From NCBI GenBank assembly GCA_008632985.1, contig QPGO01000101.1, forward strand, positions 186,001 through 250,000: 64,000 nucleotides of DNA, read 5' to 3'. The notes beneath the pieces are model-generated. The model made no database searches and had not been told where the DNA came from. It saw only the letters and a program-made list of their open reading frames with translations. Origin of the DNA: Psammoneis japonica. Its lineage: Eukaryota. This document shows positions 26,140 through 38,890 of the stretch, piece after piece. A program made the translations under genes and the position numbers. Each line of letters starts with the position of its first letter. Position 1 is the first letter of the stretch.

Positions 26140-27075
26140 CCTTTGGGGAACACCCGGGAAATGAGGGCAATTTTGTGGGAAGGAACAACTGAGCGGGCTC
26201 ATGCGAGGAGAAGAAACAATGAGCGGATTGTGGAATCCTGCGTCAATGGTTCACAGGCAGTTGTGCTTTGTTCCAACAACTGCGCATTCACACACACCAC
26301 ACACTTGTGGCAATGACCATCATGGTGCATCAACACATTGACACAAAGTGGCCCCTTGTGGTGAAACAAGGGAAGAACAAGAGTTGTCCTTGTTGTTGAC
26401 ATTGCTTGTGCCCAGCTCTGTTTTTCCTTGGCCTTTGCTCTGGAGAGCCCTTGTGGTTTGCATTTTTGACCACACCACACAAGACGGAAAAATGATCCTT
26501 CTCACAAATGTTGAGAGTGTGCAAAACAATTTGCATGGAATTTCACACGCAGAAATGCATGTGCGCGACATGTGACGTGATCCAAAAAACTGTTGATGTC
26601 ACAGTTCAGTGGTGCAAGGTCCCACTCAGGACTGGAACCCCTCTGAATGGGCTCATGCAACGAGGAGAAGAAAAAATGATTGGATTGCAGGAATCCTGCC
26701 TCGATGGTTCACAGGCAGTTTTGTGCTTTGTTCAACAACTGCCCATGCCCATGCACCACACACTTGGGGCAACAACCTTGACTGCTGATGCATCAACAAG
26801 AAATGATGAGCGGATTGTGGAAATCCTGCGTCAATGGTTCACAGGCAGTTGTGCTTTGTTCCAACAGCTGCGCATTCACACACACCACACACTTGGGGCA
26901 ACGGCCATCATGATGCATCAACACATTAACACAAAGCGGACCCTTGTGGTGAAAGAAGGGAAAAACAAGAATTGTCCATGTTGACATTGCTTGTGCCCGG
27001 CTCTGTTTTTCCTTGACCTTTGCTCTGGACAGCCCTTGTGGTTTGCATTTTTGACCACACCACACAAGACAGAAA
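26140..27075 (+). repeat. Dispersed repeat family A, two to three tandem partial copies
   Basis: 26215-26490 is repeated at about 26803-27078 (plus a partial copy near 26645-26775); homologous to 3560-3960. Confidence 0.85.
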
Positions 27076-27079
27076 AATG

Positions 27080-27290
27080 ATCCAAGGGTGGAAATGACAT
27101 CAAGTTGTTGTTGATCTTTTTGTCACGATGACATCCACAAATCACAATTTCTTTCTTGATTTTGTTGTTGTTGCCATTTGCAGAAAATGGTGATGGCATC
27201 TCCACACAATCCACCACCGAGAACCAGAGCAGTGCAATGAAAAACATTGATGGCACAACAACAATGATTTTGCAACACTCACACAAGTCT
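27080..27290 (-). pseudogene. Degenerate 5' fragment of a third sulfotransferase-like paralog
   Basis: Aligns by eye to 25070-25230 (LLWFSVVDCVEMPS...IKKEIVICGCH vs LFWFSVVDRVETPS...IKKEIVIRGYH). Confidence 0.85.
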
Positions 27291-28773
27291 TCTCAGTGTT
27301 GAAAAACATTCAAATTTGAGTGAAGCCATGCTTTTGGTGGTGAAAAACCTTTCGCAAGTCAGAGACTGCGCAAAAAAATGCGCAAATGTCATTTTTGTGC
27401 ACGATTTGGGTCACGTGTGGCTGGAACACGTCTTCATTGTGACAAACGAATCACAGCACAATGGATGGTTTTTGGCGAAATCATTGCCATCATTCAGATG
27501 CCACCCAAACACATCTTTCTACGATGCTTCTTGCTGGGTTTTCCACCTGCAAAGAAATCTCAGCACAAAATGCACTGACGCACAATCAGTGTTGAGTCTG
27601 CTGAGGAACTTTGTGACACATGTCCCATGAGGACTTTAACACCCCACAAAAAACCATTTAAATGCACATGCTCTGGACGCCCATGAAATCCAATCCGCTC
27701 AAGCATTTTACATGAAAATGCTCCACACACTAAAAGACACACAATTTGCACTCAAAATTGATTGTCGTTTTGTGTGTCACCTCGGACAAAACACGTCGGC
27801 AAAAGGTGGCAGTCCTGGAGAGCTCTGAAAGAGCCCCCCAGCACAGCAAAACTAAACTGAGCTGAAGAAGAAGAGAAAAAAAGCACACCAAAAATGCCAT
27901 GATCAACAAAGCTGTCCACAAAGCACAATGGCTGCTGGCCGTTGGCTTCAGAGCAGGCGGGCGAGTTCATGGCACGGTGGCGTGGCACGCCATTTTTGGT
28001 GCTTGCAGTTGGCGGTGTGGGACATGAAAAAACATTTCTTTGTTGTGGAGCTTGACATTGACACAGAGATTTGGTGCCAAGTGCATGTCTTGCATGGAAA
28101 CACACACAAAAACTTGTGACTTTTCCAAAAGTTGTTTCTCAACTGGGATGAGAAAGCACATCGGAGGTGGCAGCCAAAGCAAGGGGGAGGCAGCAATGGA
28201 AGAAAAAAGGAATTTCAAAAAGAAAGGAGGCCACGGTGGTGGGCCGGGAGGCCACTTTGTGAGGTGCAGTCAAGCGAGCGCTTTTCGTCGGGGACATGCC
28301 GCCGTTTTGCAGTCAACATCAGTTTCTGATTAAAACGACTAAAACGTTTGATCGGAGTTGAGAATTCTCGCAAGCAAAGCAAATTCTGTTCTCTGACGTC
28401 TGCGCTTCAACTAAAAAAATCGAAGTGAAGCTTTAGCGAATTCTCGAGTCACGCGTGAACACCCTCGAGAAAATTAATACCGACAGCTAACTGCGAAATC
28501 TGTCACTCTATTTTCCGCGCGTACCGTACAGTACGGTACTGTACGTACGTGTGACGTCAATGACATCAAGATTTTGGATTCATTTTTTTTGTTCTTCTCA
28601 CACTTTTTCCGCAACAAGTGATCTTGGTCGTTGGTCGTGTGTGGATCCTCTTGCCAACGAAAAAGAACAACAAGCTTGAACTCGAGAACTTTCAGAGAAA
28701 GTCCAAGTGAAAACGTGGATCGACTAGCACATCTCTCTTTGCTTTGTGCGAAAGAAGCCCACCGATTGATGCC

Positions 28774-31700
28774 ATGAGTGGCCGGAGCGGCCGGGAGCAG
28801 GAGCCGCTTCTTCGGTTGTCGCAAACCGCCCTGAGCCACTTTGCAGATTCGCCTGGCGTGCCCCATCCGTTCGATGTCTTTATCATCCACACGGGCGCGC
28901 AGAAGCCGACAGAAGTCGCCGTACTGCGCGAAAGGTTCGACTCTATTTCCTACCGAAGCTTCGTCGACAATGAAGAAATGAAGCCATCCTCCGGCAACCC
29001 ACAACAGTGCATGGCCGAGGCTCTGGAATCCTGTCGGTACGCCGTCGTGGTGCTCTCCAAGGAATTTCTCTACTACAGCAAGGATGCTTGTGCCGAGCTC
29101 ATCTACGCCTACCGCCGTATGCAATGGATACGAGACCAAGGTGCCGCGCTGTCTTGGCAGTCTCTTTGGGTGGTGCTGTATGACTTGCGAGTAGAAGATT
29201 ACAAGGATATTCGCAAGAAGACTGGGGATAAATTGCCTCCGTTAAACGAGCATACACAGCTGATCAATTCTAAGGACTACAAGACTTGGACGCGATTGTG
29301 CGATGATCTGATTTCGCAAATCGTCGAGCACGACCAAGCCCGTGCCTTGCGGTGCTGGTGCTTGCTCTTGGAGCAATGGCCGGAGCGTACCAGTACCACC
29401 GATTTTCCTCCGGCTCGAGCCATTTACGGCATGAGCAAGGAAGACACGGGATGCCTACTACGTCGCAGAAGCGATTCGAATGCCATCGATTCACGTGACC
29501 TTCCTCTTGCTGGCGTGGCGGCGACCAACCTGCCTCCGATTCTGAGCGATGCGATTATACAGAGTTTCCTGAACCAGCTGCAACCTCTACCTGGCTCGGA
29601 CTTTGCCTACGGACTGGGTCAGCCCAGAATCCGTAGCCATCAAGGCAGCATGCGAGGCGATGACGACGGGTCTACTACCTTTTACACTGCCCACGATACG
29701 TCCTTGGCAGACGACGACGACGACGACGAGGGCTTTACGTCACTTGAAGATCTGAAAAGTTGGGACCATGATGTACTGCCTCGGCCTGGGGACCTTCTTA
29801 CCTTGTTGCGACTGCCTGATGAAGCTCTACATGGAGAGGCCGGGCAGGAACGGATTCAAAATTCCATGATTGGTGTGCATAGGCATACGGTTGAGGCCAT
29901 CGACGGTTGTGGTGGTTTGCAAGTCACACATGCACTCCATTATGACATGTCGTTTGTAATCCAGGCCGCCATATTCGATTCTGTGACGGTATTGAGAACA
30001 TGGGTCGAAAAATGGGGTGTCGAGATTCTCAACCATCGACTGGACGACCTATGCAGTCCACTCGTGTATGCGATTGCCTGCAAATCGGAGAAATGCCGAC
30101 AATACATCCTCGAGAAACGTTCTGAAGGAGTTCAAATATGGATTCCTGAAGCTGCAGCTTTGAGAGAGCGAGAACTTACCCGCCAACTTGTCAATGAATT
30201 CAATCGTTCCCCGCTTAGCAGAGCCGAGTGGCACGGACTGAGTGGCGAAGAGATTGCGTTTCTCTTTTCAGCACTTTCAGGGGACACTGAGTGGGTTTTA
30301 GAATGGATGGACAAAATAGACAATATCCACGTTGGCGTTGATTGCTGGGCAAATGCACTTTTCTTTTGCGTTATGAGCGGCAGTACAAGCTTAGTGTCAC
30401 AATTGGTTGAAAAGAAGCTCTCCCTAAATCCCCTAGACTCCCCATCACTATCTCTTGTTTGCCATGCGCTTGGCGACCTTGCTATGTTGAAATTTCTTGT
30501 GGAGGAATTGGGACTTTCTATCGATGACGCAGGGGCCAAATGTGAATCGACAATTCTGGACGAAGCTCTAACATGGGGTGATCCGAGGGATATCCACTAC
30601 TTGATGGAGTTGAGATGTGTTCACGATTGGACAAAAGCTGGATTCAAACATCCTATGCTCACCAATATATCCAGAAATACTCCGCAAGTTATCTCTTGTT
30701 TCCTCGAATCAATGAGTCAGGGTGACCGGCAAGTCGTTCTGCGCCATTGCGTAAGCCTTGGCCGCCATGAAGTCTGTCGCGTATTGCTGGATGGAATGCG
30801 CAATGTCGTTGAAATGGATCCACCGGTCGGTGGCGTGACCTTGCTTGAAGCCGCTGTTTTTTCCGGTTCCCTAAAGACGGTCAAACTTCTACTGAAAAGA
30901 TATCCGTCTTTTGTAGAACACACTCATGACAATGGATACAATTTTTTCGTTGCATGCGTTCAAAATGGATCTGCCAGAGTCTTCAAATACCTTGCCAAAC
31001 GGCATCCTAGCCTCATCAACTCTACCCGATGCGAAGACAGGAATCTTTTCATGGCTGCAGCGCAATATAAAGCCTGTGCGATCTTTGATGCAATCCTCGA
31101 CAAGGATTTTTACGAAATGCATTGCCGAGGAAAGCTCATGGATGCCAACACAAGGATCGGTGGCTATACAGTGCTCAAATATTCAGTTAGTTCTGGCGCA
31201 TGCGAGCTAGTCGATGAGTTGTTGGAGCAGCGACCCATGTTGAAATTGCGAGAGTGCGATGACCCATCATCTGTGAAGCAGTTGTTTGTTCTTGCCTGTC
31301 GACAAGAAAATAATGGCGAGCTGCTTGACTGCTTTCGTCGGCACGGATTAGAAATGACTGGACGCCACTCAGTATGCCTTAGCATGACGGCAGCTGAAAG
31401 TGGGAGCTTGTTCTTGCCAATTCATCTGATTTATCTCAGTTGGAGTGCCTCGACACGCGATCCGGAATTCCTGATATTCGTGAAGAGGATTTGCTAAGTA
31501 CAATCATAAAGAAGGCACCAGAGTGGGCCGTTTCAGAAGGCGCGTTGTTCCAACTTGTGGAAGAGAGATTTGGTAGAAAACAATGCAGGTTTTCAGAGTC
31601 TGTTCGTGACGAAGCACTCGCCAAGTGTGACATTTCTTTGCTGCGTTTGATATATGAGTCTTCACTCATTGCAAACCCGACGAGGACTATCACCAAAGCC

Positions 31701-34700
31701 CTAAATGGACCTTCCGTTCTTCATCCTCGGGGATCCGAACAAAACACGATTTACAGCCAGCTTCCTCATCCTACTGTGGTCCGCAGACGACGCAAATTTA
31801 TTGCATGGATAGTGCGACATGCAGGGGCGGACAACGCAGATGAAAAGGATGCTTTTGAGATGGCCAAGGCCGTGATACGATCCCACATTAGCTTGGCCCT
31901 ACTCGAGGACCTGCTCCCGCACCCTTTCCAGTTCACCGACGAGCAGTTTTGTACACTCATACGCACAGCCGTCGAGAGTTGTCAGCTGAAAAACCTCAAG
32001 ATTCTGTTGCCATTCGTTGGCGATCCGAGCCTCCTTGAAGGTTTCACGCCCAACTTGTTGCTGTTGGCACTCTCATCATCACGCATTCGTGTTGAAAGGG
32101 ACAGGCTGCCCATGGTTGATTGGCTTGTAGCGAAATGTCGGGGTTGATGCAAATGAGTGGGAGGAGAAAAGCGCGTTCGTCGTGCGTGCTGCCGCTCTCG
32201 GAAATTTACCCCTTTGGGAATGGACGGTCAGCAACGACCGCTTCGATTGCTTCAAGCCTTCAGATGTGGAGAAGTGCGGACAGAAGCTCATTGCGAATGC
32301 GTGTCAAGGTGGACATCCGCGCATCATTGAGCGTGTTCTCTCCTTTATGGACGACTCCATGCCACTTGGACCCGATGGAGAGTCCCCCCTTCATCTTTCA
32401 TCGCAGTGTGGTCACTGTGGAGCATTGCGACATTTGGTCGAAACGAAAGGAATGGACGTGGATACGGCGGACGCAAATGGGCAAAGCGCTGTCACTCACA
32501 GCGAACAGCAGGCAGCCCAATGTCCAGGAATTCGCGAGGGCGATGAGCAGGCGGTGGCTGCCATCTCGCAGTTCTTGGCATGTCGTTGACAATTGTTTGC
32601 AACAAATTGGAAACTCTGTTGGAAAGACTTTTCTGCGATTGAACCCAAATGGCATTTCTGCATTCAAACATGATGGCCACAAATTTGTGATTGAAGTTCG
32701 CTGTGGCGGCAAAACTTTTTTGTCATTGCTCTTTGGACGAGGTTGCCTGCGATGCCATTTAGCGGAAGAACTGCTTCGTCTTGGAAACCTGACCATGGGG
32801 CCCGAGATCTCACCTTCGCTAGAGAAAAAAGCAGACGGTTCTAGCAGGATCTTGGTTTCTTGTTCCGAGAGCATAGAGGTGCTCACTGTGAAGTCGTTAA
32901 GGAACATTTTGGAGGTTTTCATTGACGCAATGTCGGGAATTGTTCAAATGATAGAAGCGCTCCAGAAGCGAGTCGCATTTGTGGAAGCCCTGCAGTCTTT
33001 TGTGGCAATGGACCAGTTGTCTTTAAAGGAGGAGGCAACCGATGCCATCAATGAAATCGACGGTTTCATCAAGAATGCATTTGAAAACAGCCAAATGTCG
33101 GCTGAGGACCAACGCATGTTATTTGCGACCTCGAACTGGCGAAGAATGAGGCTGCGGAAAAATGGAAGGAAGAAGAGATCTTGGCAAAATTGAAACCAGC
33201 AGTTGATTGTTTTGAGTCATTCTTGGAAAAGCCACGCACTGCATCTCTTTATCGACCATGCAACACCCTCTCTCAACCCCAACTGGACAACTTCAAGGCA
33301 AACATGACACCGTTTTGGAACGAGCTTGCCAAGGCAATCCAAAAGCAGCTCGACATGGATGGTTCAGGAAGAGTTTCTTTTTCGTACAATGATCTGATGT
33401 TTGAAACGCTGCCACTTTCGCCCGACGATTTCCTGATTAAAACCGCTTTGACTGATGCACTTGATCCAGAGGTGCTAGACAGGGCCTTGCAATTGAACCA
33501 TTTGTCTCAATCAACTAGAGGAGGTGTCATCTGGGCCGAGAACAAGGAGCTCATAATTGGATGCAGTGACTCGCTCACAGGCTTGAGACCAGCACAATTT
33601 CGAAACATTCTTGAGAACTTTGTTGACACAGCGCTGACTGTACAACGATTTCTTCTAGATGGCGGGGAGCCGATCTATGCCGGTCCCAATGAGGATCAAG
33701 TCCAACCATTGGGCATTGTTCGCTCAAAACCAGAAGCAGTTGTTGAATCCATCCTTGGGCTCTCTTCTCCTGATGAGACGGAGGAGCAGTTACGAAAAGT
33801 GCTCAGACTTGTCGCGGGATCTGGCGACCAAGAGCTCTTCAAAGATTTGTCTCGTCGCTTTGCAATTGCTTTCGGCAACAAAGACGACACGCTAAAGCGA
33901 AAGTGCTGCAATGCCATCATTGAAGTTGCGTTGAAGAACGCAATCATTGACCGAGACCTCTTTTCTCTACTCGAACAACATTTCAAAGGCTTTCTTCGGT
34001 CAAGCTGCCTTGCCAAAGCATTTGCGTCAGACGACCTGCTTGCAACAGAGCGGGCGCGGTCGACCACAGAAATGCTCCTTGAAATTTCGCCCAATCACGC
34101 TGATGAAGAAAAAACAAAGGATTGGGAAACGCACGCTGTGACTTTGATGGACAAGGCATCAGACAGCAAGAACGTTTCGGAGGTCATCAAATGCCTTGAT
34201 CTACTGTTCGCTACGATCGTTGTCGAACATGTCGAGGCTTTCCAGTCACAAAGCTTTCTTCACATTGCAGCCAGTCAAGGATCAACTCAGCTCGTCAAGT
34301 GGATCCTAGATCGTTTTCCGAGGCTTGAGCTTGATGAAGCATGTCTCGAATGGGCGTGCCGCCAAGCTGACATTGGACTCTGTCAATTCATTCTTGAGGC
34401 TGCACCAAGTCTTCCTCGAGACGGCGCGATCCTCGCTGCTTCATCACAAGGCAATGTGGAACTGTTGGAGATGCTCAACACACGAAAAGTCCGTAGACCA
34501 ATCGTGTTTCAAGCTGCGAAAATGTCGATTTCAAGTGACAGCTTGGAGTGCCTCGAGCACCTCACTCGTGAAGAGCGCATGTCCGAGCATGTCGAAGAGC
34601 TGCTTGAGTTCGCCGCAACAGCAACTCGCGATCCAGACAATGCCATCAGGATTCTTGTCACTTCACATGCAGCGGCGCATGACGCCGAAATGCTCAAGAT

Positions 34701-35499
34701 TCCGTGGCAAGCTGCTCCCTTTGCCAAGAGGCATGTTACATTCAATGCTGACTTTGGAGAGTCGCCCCCGGTTACGAATGCCGACGCTTTCTGGAGCATC
34801 TTTCGTGTGCCTCTCGAGAAGGACCCCGATCTCGGGATTGGGAATGTTGAGCGGGATCGAGATGACACACGAACATTCCGCCTGGGAAAAGGTGCACTCA
34901 CCTTCAAAACAAGCAACTTCGTACAGCTCCAGAGCAGCTTTAACATGGATGGTGTTTCACTCAGCGACACAAATCTGCTCGACTTATCAGCGCGTCTTGG
35001 AGGCTGTTTTGTTGTGAAAGAAACAAGCAAGTCCTTGTCCAGCGATGTGCACTTGCGACGAAGCATGTCGCTGAGCGTCCTCTCAAGCCATGACGAGCTT
35101 CGCACAGCTTTGCAGAGCTTTTTCGATTGTCACAATCTCTTTGACAAATTGCTTTCACATTTCAAGGAACAGAAAAAAATTTTGAATCTCGAGCAAGTTG
35201 CACACGCAATGCCGGAGGTGCTTCGACATTTGAGCAAGGATGTGGCAATTGTGATTGACAAACCGTGCCGAATGGAAGAGTGTGCGTTTGTCGAGCTGCA
35301 GCTTGTCCAGCTGCTCCGGCCATTGCATGGCTGTTCTAAGGCACAAGACAAGCTGCTGCTTCATGCCAACCGGGAGCGGACCGATGACATTTTCTATTGC
35401 ACTGTCGATGGCGGCTGCCATGCCTGCATCTTCTACCCCGGTCGCGCCTCCCCCGATGAATGTCGAGAGCGTCTTGCATCGCACACGCTGTGCGTTTAG
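28774..35499 (+). CDS. Large TIR-domain / ankyrin-repeat protein with internal CesT (type III chaperone)-like domains; frameshifted, possibly pseudogenising
   Basis: TIR: FDVFIIHTG, SFVDNEEM, ALESCRYAVVVLSKEF, CAEL. Ankyrins: TLLEAAVFSGSLKTVKLLL, GESPLHLSSQCGH, FLHIAASQGSTQLVKWIL. CesT-like segments about 32580-32960 and 33290-33657. Consecutive ORFs overlap at about 31435, 32140, 32580 and 33185. Confidence 0.8.
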
Positions 35500-38279
35500 A
35501 CCCATTGAACCCTGCGGATGGTGGAAGTTCGTCTTTCGCTGTTAAACTCCGGGGTGCCATTGTTGTCAGCCTTTTTAGCTTTTCATGTATGAATGCACAA
35601 GTGCACACTTTTCCGCATCTCCGTCATTGGACATCCAGTGTTGTAGCAGTCCCAGGACAAGAGTGTGAAGAAAGACAGCAGTGTGGTTGTTGCTGGGCAC
35701 ACAAAGAAATTTTTGGGTCATGTTTCCGGAGCCGCAGTGCATCTCAGCACATCCATGTTGCCAAACATGCGCAAAAATAGTTGCAGCATTGTGCCGCCAT
35801 CAAATAAATCTGCTCTTAGCTGCCGGCACTCTCTGGCAGCTAGCTGCGCCCTGCTGCTTAGAGAGCAGATGGTTAGAAAGAAATCGCCAAGAAAGAAGAT
35901 GGGTCCAATGGCAATGCTGATGAAACCCGGACGAACAAGTGAAACAAGCTGTCAGCTGTGATGCCATCAGCTGAAGGTGCTTGACAAAAAAAACATTAGC
36001 GATTCTTGACAGACCCACATCGGCAGTTTGCACTGGTGGTTGACAATTGTTCTAAGTCAGCCGAGGAAGCACTGCAGGTGTTGGACATGTGTGGGGCAAG
36101 TGAGAAACCTGAGAACGCAAGTGATGCACAGCAAGAGAATGGCCAGATTGAGTGCTGAAAACACAACAGAGTTGGGCATGTGAAGAAGGATTGTCCTTTG
36201 CTCAACAATTGTTGGAGAGAAGCAGTCAACAGAAAGTGGACGATGTTGCAATTTTTTGTGTCAGAGGAGCAGATAGACACAAGCTCTCAAGGTCAAGCTT
36301 TGAAGCACTTGTGGATCCAACAAAACACTTGGGAGTTTGGACATCAATGACAAGACTCGAATGATCAGCAGATGCACCATTTGCTTGACAGCTCATTGAG
36401 ATCCTGCATCAAGAGCACAGTTGACACAACACAGGAGTTTTTGCACAAAGTTTAAAAAGGACATCAAGACTTTCTTGTCTTTGAGCTGCAAACCCAAGTT
36501 GGCCACATTGTTGCTGGGCAGTGTGCACCGGCACAAGTGTGTCAGAAAAAGAACTTGCGGGCTGCACAAATGAGCATTTGACAGCAACTTTGGGCTTTGT
36601 TGACAGGCTTTTTTGTTGCTTGGCACCTGTCATCAACTGAACAGTGGTGCCATGAGAGATGCTGCTGATTGCTTGGTGAGACGGCTCTTGCTCATTGCCT
36701 TTGGCTTGCAGACAAGGCAGTCTTTTGGGGTGCATTTGTTGTGAAGCACAAGCAACAAAAATTTGCGTGTTTGTTGACCAAGCTTGCTTGCATGTGCAGC
36801 ACCATCACTCAAGCAACTTGCAGGTGCAGCTGAAGTGGTCAAGCCCTGGAACTTGGAGACCAAAGCTGACAAACAGACAGACTTTGTTGGGGGGGGGGGG
36901 GTGCAATCATCCACAACAACAAGCTGCCGTGCAAAGTGTTGAGAAAAGAAGCTGTGGCAAGGCTCATCATCAGAAATGATCAGCTGATGTTGGAAGCCAA
37001 AGCAGCCTTTCAAAGAATCTTTGCATCCAGCTGGAGCTCATTTGGGTGTCTTGCCCAAATGAGAAGATGAGACAGGGCTGCATTGCTGGCCCTCTGCTGA
37101 GCAGCTTGCCAAGTTAATTTTTCACCACTGGCTGGAAACAAGGAAAACAAGCAGTCAACGGCAAAAATGGTGCAACAAAGACAAATCTAAACAGCACTGC
37201 AAGCAAGCAATTTGTTGCTGCCAGCAGGGCAAACAAGCAGCAAAGGCTTTTTCTTTGCTTCAAGAAGGACACTGCACCCCACCTCACTGTGCCACACAGC
37301 TGGGAGATGGGTGGGTGTGGCCGCAGCATGCTGGCTGCTGCAGCAGGAGCCAAGGTAAAAAAAAAGAGCAAGTTCTTGCAAGCCAGTTGCACCTGCAATT
37401 TCTGCTCAATGATGCTGCGCCACTGAAAGTGTCAACAGGTGCTGCGTCATGTTCAGGCTGGTGCACAAGAGGAAAAAAAGTTCCAAAGTGCGCGCTCGGG
37501 CTCCGGGGGTCAGAGCACCGGACGGGAGAGTGTGTGGCTCATGATGCTGTCAACATTTGTGCACAAATGTGCATTTGAATGAAGCACAGCACATGCAACC
37601 ATGAAATGCATGATGTGAGCATGATGTCACTGTGCCAAAGCAACCAGCCGTGCTCTCCACTTGCGAGGGCGGTTGACCACAGCAGGAATTTTCTTGCCTG
37701 GCAGCTGGCTCTGGCTGGATGACAGGGTTGAAAGGAAAAGGATCAGACTGCTTTGTCACAACCACTTTCCCTGACAGAGAGCATGTGGACCCCTGCAATG
37801 AATTGATCTGTGCGAATCTTCGGGTTTTGTGTTGCCACTCTGCGGTGCTGGCCATCCTGCCTGTGCGCACATCATTGCGAAGACCTTGAAACTGACCAAT
37901 CTGACTGAGAAAAGCCTGTGCAGTGGCGGCAAAGATCAGACTGCAATTGGCTCCTCCTCTTTTAGGTGGAACTCTCTGGATCGAAGTCTGGGGCCAAAAG
38001 ATTTTGGATTGCCGCCCTTGCCACTGTCAGAAAATGGAGCCATGACGATTGCCGGCACCAATCATTTTGCTGCATTTTGCGCCGGGCGTTCGAATTAATT
38101 GTGACACACAATGGTCATTTTGGTGCGCACTTCTGCGCAACCCACGCGACATGACCAACATGTGTCAGTGCGTGGTGCTGGTTGTTTTGCTTCTCTGACT
38201 GTTCTGTCTTCTGTGAGGTTTCATGAGGTTGTCTTTGCACATTGATGTTGTCTGGCTGTGCATGTTGATGTTGTCCAAG

Positions 38280-38890
38280 GCAAGCTGCGTTGGATCAAGT
38301 GAATGTGCAAATGCACGAAATTTGTGCATTGTTGCAGTTTCTTTGCCAAACAGTCAGTCCATTGTTTGTGGCCACACTCAGTCCACGGCGGCCCAAGTGA
38401 AAGTCCACATGCATGAATTTTGCGCATTGATGCTGTTGTCTTTGCTGAGTGGTCATTTGCAACTTGCTCAATTCCATCATTTCTGGCCATGCTTCTTCTG
38501 AAGGGCCCTTGCTTGCTCCTTCTCCTGCTCTGCCATCTCCTCCTTGGTGAAAAATCTCCCCGACCGCTGTGGAACTGCCGCTGCACATGCTGCCTTTAGC
38601 TCCTCCATGGTTGAATCATCCTTGGGCGCGACTGTTGTTTCCACATGATGACTGTCTGCTGTCGTGTTGTCTTGCACAAGTGCGGAAGTGACATCAAAAT
38701 TTCCCAAGGTGAGGTCAAACGCCACTCTTGCTTCTTCCAAGGTAATCTCCTCTTCGTCTTCCTTGTTCATCAATGACTGAAGAAGTTCCGCATGTGTCTG
38801 CACCTTTTTCTTGTCCTCACCAGTTTTCTTTGGCTCGTCTGCCTTCTTTGTTCATTGTTGCAAATCCATGTTTTCTCCATTGCTGCATTT
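38280..38890 (-). pseudogene. Small degenerate ORF with a UBA-like segment downstream of the Helitron helicase
   Basis: Lys/Glu-rich stretch followed by ITLEEARVAFDLTLGNFDVTSALV; frameshifted; TpA-depleted. Confidence 0.35.

Noticed and set aside
15981..33200. Calling the frameshifted host genes pseudogenes or programmed frameshifts
   Set aside because: Isolated single-base indels occur in most otherwise intact genes, typical of long-read consensus error; cannot be decided without reads.
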